Assembly: GCA_002688875.1 (NCBI GenBank)
Contig: NZDU01000041.1
Location: forward strand, 1 to 48,624
Direction of reading: 5' to 3'
Source: Candidatus Pacearchaeota archaeon
GTDB taxonomy: Archaea > Nanobdellota > Nanobdellia > Pacearchaeales > GW2011-AR1
Length of the DNA stretch: 48,624 bases
A program made the translations under genes and the position numbers. This document shows, one piece after another, positions 42,543 to 48,624 of the stretch; position 1 is the stretch's first letter; every line of letters starts with the position of its first letter. The notes under the pieces are model-generated. The model saw only the letters and a program-made list of their open reading frames with translations. It had not been told where the DNA came from and searched no databases.

Positions 42543-44276
42543 TCAGTTGTAGTCGTTGGCTATTTCTTTGAGTTTTGCGATGTCGTGTAATCCCATGTCA
42601 TCTCTTACGATTGTGATTCTTGGGAAACGTAAGGCGAATCCTGATTTGTAAGTTGGGGAGCGTTGGATGTTTTGATAAATTATTCTGACTATTATTTTTG
42701 GTTTGATGGTTACTTGTCTGCCTGATTCTTTTGTGACTAAAGGTAATAGTTTGTTGGTTAGTTCTTGGTATGATAGGCCTAGTTCTTCTTTTTCTTTTAG
42801 GCCTGTTGAGGCTTTTCCGATTTCTAGGAAGTTTCCTTGTTCGTCTTTGCAGGATAGAGTGAATGATGATAGGATTCCAAAGCGTTTTCCTTTTCCGTAT
42901 TCGGCTGCTGTGATTACTAGGTCGAGTTCGTTTTCTGCTGGTTTTAGTTTTAGCATGTGGCCGACTCTGGCTCCGGGGCTGTATTCAGAAGTGAGGTTTT
43001 TTATCATTAGTCCTTCTTGATTGTCTTTTAAGGCTTCTTTGTAAAAATCTTGGGCTTCTTTTTCATTGCTTGTTATGATTTGATGTGAGCATCTGATTTT
43101 GTGTTTGTAAGGTTTGATGAGTTTTCTCATGAGGCTTGTTCTTTTTTTGAAAGGTAGTTCTAGAAGGCTTTTTCCGTTGAGGTAGAGAATGTCGAAGGTG
43201 TTGATTTCTATTGGGAGTTGTTTGATTAATTGGTTTATATTGTGTTTTCGTCTGATACGTTGGGAGATTGCTTCGAACGGTTTGTATTTTTTTGTTTTAG
43301 GGTCGAAGCCTATGGCTTCGCTTTCAATTATGAAACTTTTTGCTTTGATGTGTTCGTTTATATATTGCACTACTTCTGGGAATTGTTTTGTTACTTCGTC
43401 TAAACGTCTTGTGAATAGTTTGATTTCTCCTTTGTCATCTTTGTTAATTAGCATTCTGAATCCGTCGTATTTATATTCGAATGCCGCGGGTTTGCCGACA
43501 CGTTTGAATCCGTCCTCGATGCTATCTGCTTTTAGGGCTAGCATTTGTCTCATTGGATGTCCTGGATTTAGTTTGATTTTTTTTAATTCTTTTATACCTC
43601 TCGAGGCTTTTTCGAAGACTAGTAGGAAGTCGCTTGTTTTGTCGTAGGCTTCTTGGACGGCTTGTGTGAACTTTTTTTTGTTTTCAGAATCCAAGACACC
43701 TAACGGTTTCTTAGATGTATCTTCCCTAGAATTTGCCTTAAAAAATGTTTTTATTATTGAATCTCTGATTGTTCCGGATGCTACTCCGATTCTTAAATCT
43801 CCTATGAGTGTTCTGATGATGTATTTTGCTTCTTTGCCTGATGCGGAAGTTAGTAGTTCTGAGATTAATGAGAGTTTTTTGTCAACGGTTCCTTTGCCTT
43901 CGAGTTCTGGGAGTTTTTTGATGTTTTCTAGAACTTTTTTGGTTGTTATTTTTTCGGAGAACAATGTGTTTTGTTTCTTTTTGTTTATGATTTGTTCTGC
44001 TACTTTTCCTAAGTCACCTAGCTTTTTCCAGTGTTCTATTATTATGTCTGATGAAAGTCCTGATGCTTTGCTTAATGCTTTGATGCAGAGTTTTTCGGAT
44101 ATTCCAAGTTCTTTTTCGGAATAATCTGGATAGGCTTTTCCTTGGATTAGATAGATAGTTTCTAAGTCGTCTTTTTTTAGGGTTTTTAAGAAATCTGAAA
44201 GTATCTCAGTTTTTTTTAATCTTGAAGGGTTTTCTTCTAGGTTTTCATATAGGTTTGTTAGAGTTTGGTAGTCCAT
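42543..44276 (-). CDS. lig: ATP-dependent DNA ligase (Lig1 type)
   Basis: Motif I is EYKYDGFRM. The full DNA-binding, adenylation and OB-domain length is present (577 aa). Confidence 0.9.
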   Translation of the reverse strand: MDYQTLTNLYENLEENPSRLKKTEILSDFLKTLKKDDLETIYLIQGKAYPDYSEKELGISEKLCIKALSKASGLSSDIIIEHWKKLGDLGKVAEQIINKKKQNTLFSEKITTKKVLENIKKLPELEGKGTVDKKLSLISELLTSASGKEAKYIIRTLIGDLRIGVASGTIRDSIIKTFFKANSREDTSKKPLGVLDSENKKKFTQAVQEAYDKTSDFLLVFEKASRGIKELKKIKLNPGHPMRQMLALKADSIEDGFKRVGKPAAFEYKYDGFRMLINKDDKGEIKLFTRRLDEVTKQFPEVVQYINEHIKAKSFIIESEAIGFDPKTKKYKPFEAISQRIRRKHNINQLIKQLPIEINTFDILYLNGKSLLELPFKKRTSLMRKLIKPYKHKIRCSHQIITSNEKEAQDFYKEALKDNQEGLMIKNLTSEYSPGARVGHMLKLKPAENELDLVITAAEYGKGKRFGILSSFTLSCKDEQGNFLEIGKASTGLKEKEELGLSYQELTNKLLPLVTKESGRQVTIKPKIIVRIIYQNIQRSPTYKSGFALRFPRITIVRDDMGLHDIAKLKEIANDYN

Positions 44277-44333
44277 CTTTTTTATAGAAAAGGTTGGTAG
44301 GTTTTTATAGGTTTAGATAAATTAGATTTTGGT

Positions 44334-44615
44334 CTAGAGTTCTTCCACTTCGCAAGGGGTTGAAATGGCTTCTAATCCTGATGATGATATATCTTTTCCT
44401 TTGTTATTTCTTAAGGTATATCTAGTTATTCTTTCTAATGGTATTTCTAGATTAAGTTCTGTATCTTCTCCTCCTACTCCTACATAAAATACTTTTAATA
44501 AGCTTATATAACCTTTATATTTTCCAGTAGGTTCTTGATTTGTAGTCCATTCTAGATATATTTCGTCACGTATATTTGCATGTTCTAAAAATTTATCTCT
44601 TTCTTCATCATTCAT
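44334..44615 (-). CDS. Hypothetical protein (93 aa), unskewed class
   Basis: ORF track. Confidence 0.45.
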   Translation of the reverse strand: MNDEERDKFLEHANIRDEIYLEWTTNQEPTGKYKGYISLLKVFYVGVGGEDTELNLEIPLERITRYTLRNNKGKDISSSGLEAISTPCEVEEL

Positions 44616-44656
44616 ATTTTGTTATGGTTTAAAAAGTATAAAAAGATTGTTATGTT

Positions 44657-45055
44657 ATGGTGTTGGATTATATTTTTGTGTTGGCTGTGATTGGGTTTTT
44701 GTTGTCGTTGTATTTTTATTTTGTTGGTAGGAGGTTGTTGGTTGATAGGAATTATAGGGCTGGATGTGATTTGAGTGAGGGGGTTTCTTGTACGAAGGTT
44801 GCTAGTAGTGATTATAGTAAGATGTTTGGTTTTTCTAATGCTTTGATTGGGATTGGGTTTTACTTAATTGTTTTGTTGTTGGCTTGGTTTTCGATTTATA
44901 ATTGGTTGTTTTGGTTGGAATTGTTTGCTTCGTTATTTTCGGTTTATTTGATTTATTTGATGTTTAGGATTAGGTTGTTGTGTGTGGTTTGTGTTGGGAT
45001 TCATGTGGTGAATTTTTTGTTATTGTGGTTGAGTTATGTTAGGGTTTTTGGGTAG
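44657..45055 (+). CDS. VKOR-family (vitamin K epoxide reductase-like) membrane thiol oxidoreductase
   Basis: Loop cysteines C..SEGVSC, then SKMFGFSNALIGIGFY, and CVVC in the last helix. Confidence 0.7.
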   Translation: MVLDYIFVLAVIGFLLSLYFYFVGRRLLVDRNYRAGCDLSEGVSCTKVASSDYSKMFGFSNALIGIGFYLIVLLLAWFSIYNWLFWLELFASLFSVYLIYLMFRIRLLCVVCVGIHVVNFLLLWLSYVRVFG

Positions 45056-45065
45056 TTGGTTAGAA

Positions 45066-45557
45066 TTAGAATGGAGTCCAGATTCCTTGATTGAATTTAA
45101 TTTCTGGAGGATTTGCAGTTTCTTGAAGTCTTTTTGCGGATACGTATTTCTGGATATAGCATATATAGCTGATTAATTGATCATTGTATTCCCTAAAAGT
45201 TACTGTTTGATTTTTTGATCTTTTATATTTTTTAAATTGTAATCTAATTCGGTTTTTAACTATGTGGTCCTCATCAGCTATTTTTTCAATTTCTCTAATT
45301 TGTTTTTCTTTGATACCTTTTCTAGGATAGCTGAATGCATTTCCATTTTTAAAAACTATTATTTTATTTGCTCTATCATCTTCCAAGAAATCTTGGAGTA
45401 ACCATCTAGAATTTGCATAAACTATTGGTTTTGTAATTCTGCAATAACTTGGTGTTGTATTGTTTGGATCATTTGTGTTGCTTATTCCCCAATAATTGAG
45501 ATATTCAACATATTTTTCAAAAGTGATAGTTTCGAATTTAAAATCTCTGAGGTCCAT
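45066..45557 (-). CDS. Hypothetical protein (163 aa), unskewed class
   Basis: ORF track. Confidence 0.5.
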   Translation of the reverse strand: MDLRDFKFETITFEKYVEYLNYWGISNTNDPNNTTPSYCRITKPIVYANSRWLLQDFLEDDRANKIIVFKNGNAFSYPRKGIKEKQIREIEKIADEDHIVKNRIRLQFKKYKRSKNQTVTFREYNDQLISYICYIQKYVSAKRLQETANPPEIKFNQGIWTPF

Positions 45558-45602
45558 AAAATATATTCTTAAAAATTTATTTATTAATCTTGTATAGTAA
45601 GT

Positions 45603-46172
45603 TTATTTTCCTCTTCGTTTCCCTGCACGTACACTAGGTCTTGATTTGTTGGTTGGGGATTTGTCTCTTAATCCTCGGGATTTTCTTGCGGCGCTTGTTT
45701 TGCCCCTTAGGGCTCGTTTTTGGTTGGCTTTTTTTGTGAGGAATTTTGTTTCTTTGTTGTTTTTGATTTCTGGTTTGCTGTAGTCGACTAAGATTACTTC
45801 GAAGAAATAATGGATTCCATCTTTGGCTAGGTTGTATGAGTTTAAGACTTCTAGGTTTGGGTATTTTCTTTGGGCTCTTTGTTCGGCTATCCATTTGTAG
45901 CTCATCTTGACTACTTTTTTGTTGGTTGTGTTTTTTGATCTTCTTGCTTTGTTTTTTGTTTCTCTTTTTCTTCCTCCTCTTCTTAGTCTGACTCTTACTA
46001 CGACGAATCCTTTTTTGGCTTTGTAACCTAGGCTTCTTGCACGGTCTAGTCTTGTGGGTTTATTGATTTTTAGGATTGTTGGTTGTTTACGCCATTCGAT
46101 CATCAGTTCTCTGAGTCTAGCTGTGTCTGGTTTTTTCCATGCGTTTCTTAATTGGTGGTAGAGTCCTTTCAT
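45603..46172 (-). CDS. rpl15e: 50S ribosomal protein L15e (eL15)
   Basis: MKGLYHQLRNAWKKP...EWRKQPTI..I.KPTRLDRARSLGYKAKKGFVVVRVRLRRGG is the eL15 signature. Confidence 0.9.
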   Translation of the reverse strand: MKGLYHQLRNAWKKPDTARLRELMIEWRKQPTILKINKPTRLDRARSLGYKAKKGFVVVRVRLRRGGRKRETKNKARRSKNTTNKKVVKMSYKWIAEQRAQRKYPNLEVLNSYNLAKDGIHYFFEVILVDYSKPEIKNNKETKFLTKKANQKRALRGKTSAARKSRGLRDKSPTNKSRPSVRAGKRRGK

Positions 46173-46231
46173 GGAAATGAGAGATAAATTGTGTTTTTAA
46201 AGGTTTGGGAGGGGATGGGGGGTTTGGGAGA

Positions 46232-46305
46232 TGGTCCTGCCAAGTCCAGAGATTGGAAATCTCTGGCTCTTCAGATTCTGACGAATCTTCAGATTTTGAA
46301 CTTGG
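46232..46305 (-). pseudogene. Fragmentary second copy of the tRNA-Ile 3' part (T-arm + acceptor 3' strand), interrupted by a 47-nt insert
   Basis: The minus strand reads CCAAGTTCAAAAT[47 nt]CTTGGCAGGACCA, against CCAAGTTCAAATCTTGGCAGGACCA in the intact tRNA. No 5' half is present. Confidence 0.6.
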
Positions 46306-46331
46306 AAGTGGAAATTAAGAATCTTAACGGG

Positions 46332-46354
46332 ATACTATTTCTTTGAAATAGTAT
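46332..46354. other. Perfect 10-bp hairpin atactatttc-ttt-gaaatagtat, 1 nt beyond the tRNA-Ile 3' end
   Basis: Read directly. The palindrome ttaagaAtcttaa follows at 46315-46327. Confidence 0.6.
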
Positions 46355-46355
46355 A

Positions 46356-46430
46356 TGGTCCTGCCAAGATTTGAACTTGGGACCCCCGCCTTATCAGAGC
46401 GGTACTCTAACCTGGCTGAGCTACAGGACC
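46356..46430 (-). tRNA. tRNA-Ile (GAT)
   Basis: Manual cloverleaf: GGTCCTG-TA-GCTC-AGCCAGGTTA-GAGT-A-CCGCT-CTGATAA-GGCGG-GGGTC-CCAAG-TTCAAAT-CTTGG-CAGGACC-A. TATA cttataaac lies about 26 nt upstream. Confidence 0.9.
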
Positions 46431-46477
46431 ATGTAAGAACTTATTGGAATAGGTTTATAAGGGTTTTGATTATTTTA

Positions 46478-47188
46478 TCATCCTTGCAACTCAATAGTTA
46501 GAAAATCGTTTTTGAGTTTGTATCTTAGGATGGGGAGGTTGAGGTTTAGGCTTTTTGAGTAGAGGTGTTTGTTTGAGAGGGCTTTGATTTCGATTGAGTT
46601 TTCTAGTTGGTTGATTAGAATGTCTTCGACGGATTTGACTCCTGGGACGTGGAGTTCGTAGACGATTTTGTTTGAGATACGTTTTAGTTTTGATTGGGGT
46701 TCTTTTTTTGGGAGTTTTGAGGATTTTTTTAATTTGTCTGTGAATACTTTTGGGTCGATTCTGATTTGGTTTACTTGGGCTTGAGTTTGTTGTTGATTGT
46801 TTTGGTTATTGAGGTGTTGATTGTTTGGGTTGTTGAAAACTTTTTTACCGTTTACGAAGAATTGAATGTTTAGATCGTTGGGAAGGTTTTGTCGATGTCT
46901 TTTATTGCGGGGGTTCATGGGGTGGTTTGGGTTTCTTGCGACTTCTTCGTTTAAGTTTCTCATTTGGTTTTCTAGCATTTTCATTGCGGTGCTGAACATT
47001 TTGTCCATGAAAGAGTCTGAGAAATTAGGGAAGGAATCTTGGATTGGTTCTTCTACTGAGTCGTTTCTTCCTAGGAATCCGAAGTCTTCTTTTTCGAAGT
47101 TAGAGTTGAGGTCGCTACCACATGATGGGCAGAATTCAAAGTCTTTTCTGACTCTTGTGTTGCAATTAGAACATTTGTTTCCGAACAT
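46478..47188 (-). CDS. Zinc-ribbon protein with an Asn/Gln-rich linker and a C-terminal Hsp20/alpha-crystallin-like domain
   Basis: MFGNKCSNCNTRVRKDFEFCPSCGSDL, then NNPNNQHLNNQNNQQQTQAQVNQ, then VYELHVPGVKSVEDILINQLENSIEIKA...LNLPILRYKLKNDFLTIEL. Start moved to the ATG at 47188. Confidence 0.65.
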   Translation of the reverse strand: MFGNKCSNCNTRVRKDFEFCPSCGSDLNSNFEKEDFGFLGRNDSVEEPIQDSFPNFSDSFMDKMFSTAMKMLENQMRNLNEEVARNPNHPMNPRNKRHRQNLPNDLNIQFFVNGKKVFNNPNNQHLNNQNNQQQTQAQVNQIRIDPKVFTDKLKKSSKLPKKEPQSKLKRISNKIVYELHVPGVKSVEDILINQLENSIEIKALSNKHLYSKSLNLNLPILRYKLKNDFLTIELQG

Positions 47189-47255
47189 GGTAATGTTAAT
47201 GATGGTTGATTTAAAAGGTTTTGGATGGGGTTTGGTTGGAATTAGTATTGCATTA

Positions 47256-47343
47256 GTTCCACATCCCACTTCGTTGGGATGTTTCACTTATTTTATTGGT
47301 ATCTGATAATAACATTTATATCGAGATGTAAGTGATTTTTTTT
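47256..47343 (+). repeat. Modular intergenic element, copy L6 (hairpin + M1 + TATA-like + M2)
   Basis: Hairpin catccca-CTTCG-ttgggatg (47262-47281), attggta (47295-47301), tctgataataac, then gagatgtaagtgatttttttt (47323-47343). Confidence 0.75.
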
Positions 47344-47472
47344 AGATGGTAGGTTTTTTGGTTATATTGGTTTTTGTTAATTTTACCTATTTTATCGGTT
47401 GTTTCTGTTTTAGGAAAAACTTTTTAAATGGGTTGTGTTGGTATGTTTAGGTAAGGAGCTGAATGTGATAAA

Positions 47473-48177
47473 ATGACAGAGAACAAAATGACGGATTTGG
47501 ATTCTCGTAAGGATGAGCTTGCGAAGAAGTATGGGATTGATTTTGATAGTTTGGAGAGGGAGCAGGTGAAGTTGGCTAGGGATGTTGTGGTTAGGGATGG
47601 GTTTGATATGGGGTTGGTTGAGAGGTATGGGGCGGTTGAGAGTGTGTTTGTTGGGAATCGTATATTGTCGTGTGTTGTGGTTTGTGATAGGGATTTTGAG
47701 ATAGTTGATCAGGCTTATGTGATTGATAAGGTTAGGTTTCCTTATTTTCCGGGGTTTAGGAGTTATAGGGAGTTGCCTTCGATGATTGCGGCGTTTGAGA
47801 AGCTTCGGGAGAGGCCGGATGTTATGTTTGTTTCGGGGCAGGGAGTGATTCATCCTAGATTGGGGTTGGCTAGTCATTTTGGGATTGCTTCGGGGATTGC
47901 TACTATTGGGGTTTCTGGTTCTTTGGTTGGGTGTGAGACTGGGGATAATGATGGGGATGATATTGTTCGTGATGGGAAGAGGATAGGGAAGGTGTTGATT
48001 GGGAAGGAAGGGAGTAAGCCTTTGTTTATTAGTCCTGGGCATAATATTGGGGTTGATAGTTCGTATAAAGTTTCTAGGGAGTTGATTAAGTTGCCACATA
48101 AAAGGCCGGAGCCGATTCATTTGGCTAGTAAGTATGCTAAGGAAGTTAGGAAGGAGTTGGATGTTGGGATTAAGTGA
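47473..48177 (+). CDS. nfi: Endonuclease V (deoxyinosine 3' endonuclease)
   Basis: FPYFPGFRSYRELP, GQGVIHPRLGLASHFG and IGVS motifs. Confidence 0.85.
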   Translation: MTENKMTDLDSRKDELAKKYGIDFDSLEREQVKLARDVVVRDGFDMGLVERYGAVESVFVGNRILSCVVVCDRDFEIVDQAYVIDKVRFPYFPGFRSYRELPSMIAAFEKLRERPDVMFVSGQGVIHPRLGLASHFGIASGIATIGVSGSLVGCETGDNDGDDIVRDGKRIGKVLIGKEGSKPLFISPGHNIGVDSSYKVSRELIKLPHKRPEPIHLASKYAKEVRKELDVGIK

Positions 48178-48565
48178 AGTTTTTTATTCTTGGTAAGACT
48201 AAACGTGCTATAAGGGCTATTATTGAGAGGCTTAGGATTCCGACGATGATTACGTATATGAAGTATGAGCTTGTGGTGTAGAGTTCGCCTTGTTGGATTG
48301 CTTCGGTTGGGGGTTTTGGTGGTTGGTTGTTAGTTTCTTTTTGGTTATCTTGGGTTGATTTTTTATTTTCCTCTAGTTGGTTTTCTTGATCTTCTAGTGG
48401 GGGTTCGTTTTCTATTGCTAGTCCGGTTAGTCCTTTTATTTTTATGTTCTGGTTGATGTTTAGGTCTTCTTCTAAGATTCCTATTACGTTGAAAGTTAGT
48501 AAGAGGGCTACGGCTGTTATTGAGATTGACATTACTAGTGTGAAATGTTTGTTGTCTAGGATCAT
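48170..48565 (-). CDS. Membrane protein (131 aa) with terminal TM helices and an Asn/Gln/Glu/Pro-rich middle
   Basis: ORF track. A/C-ending codons. Confidence 0.5.
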   Translation of the reverse strand: MILDNKHFTLVMSISITAVALLLTFNVIGILEEDLNINQNIKIKGLTGLAIENEPPLEDQENQLEENKKSTQDNQKETNNQPPKPPTEAIQQGELYTTSSYFIYVIIVGILSLSIIALIARLVLPRIKNFT

Positions 48566-48624
48566 TGTTTTTCTTCGGGGTCGAAGTCTATGGCTAGGTA
48601 GTCGCCTTCTTTTAGTTTGAATCT
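48562..48624 (-). CDS. C-terminal fragment of an unidentified gene (runs off the window)
   Basis: Own translation ends ...RFKLKEGDYLAIDFDPEEKQ*. ATGA overlap with the next gene. Confidence 0.3.
   Translation of the reverse strand, partial: RFKLKEGDYLAIDFDPEEKQ

Noticed and set aside
46232-46305. Interpretation of the tRNA fragment as a Nanoarchaeum-style split-tRNA 3' half.
   Set aside because: Known split sites are near the anticodon loop, and 3' halves carry a complementary leader. This fragment starts only at the T-arm, has an insert at the T-loop/T-stem junction, and has no partner 5' half in the window.
47189-47287. N-terminal extension of ORF 46478-47287 (MKHPNEVGCGT...).
   Set aside because: It starts at a GTG inside the L6 hairpin. 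The zinc-ribbon protein begins sensibly at the ATG at 47188, and the extension is translated repeat-element sequence.

Overview
This is a 48.6-kb segment of a compact, AT-rich archaeal chromosome. Archaeal markers are r-proteins eL31, eL39, eS19 and eL15, plus aIF1A, aIF2-beta, TBP, MCM and an ATP-dependent DNA ligase. TATA boxes sit about 22-32 nt upstream of most ATGs, and many genes overlap by 1-4 nt. The content (purine/SAM salvage, indirect tRNA amidation, many small orphans) looks like a reduced DPANN-type genome, but that taxonomic call is inference. I call about 67 protein genes, 2 tRNAs (Asn-GTT, Ile-GAT), one IS200/IS605-type tnpA, one LAGLIDADG intein inside mcm and one vapBC cassette. 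There is no rRNA and no CRISPR. Main observations: (1) The plus strand is extremely G+T-rich, which fixes third codon positions by gene orientation. The polarity flips at about 1.9-2.75 kb, exactly where the IS200-like element sits. (2) About 23 orphan or accessory genes ignore this skew. They are interleaved one by one between conserved genes, and several share ATGA-type overlaps with them. (3) Six same-orientation copies of a modular intergenic element are present. Its module is a hairpin with a conserved CTTCG/CGAAG loop and covarying stems, followed by ATTGGTA, a TATA-like box and GAGATGAGTGTTCTCTTT. The IS right end carries the same GAA-triloop hairpins, including an exact GCGAAGC. (4) Two adjacent bifunctional fusion genes are present: adenosine kinase-SAH hydrolase and MTA phosphorylase-adenine phosphoribosyltransferase. 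(5) The vapBC cassette is flanked by a duplicated 5' end of trm5. (6) gatD, gatE, aspS, gatC-like and gatA are clustered, with a bacterial-type AspRS lacking the GAD domain and a shortened GatE. All skew and codon statements are read by eye from the sequence; nothing was computed and no database was searched.
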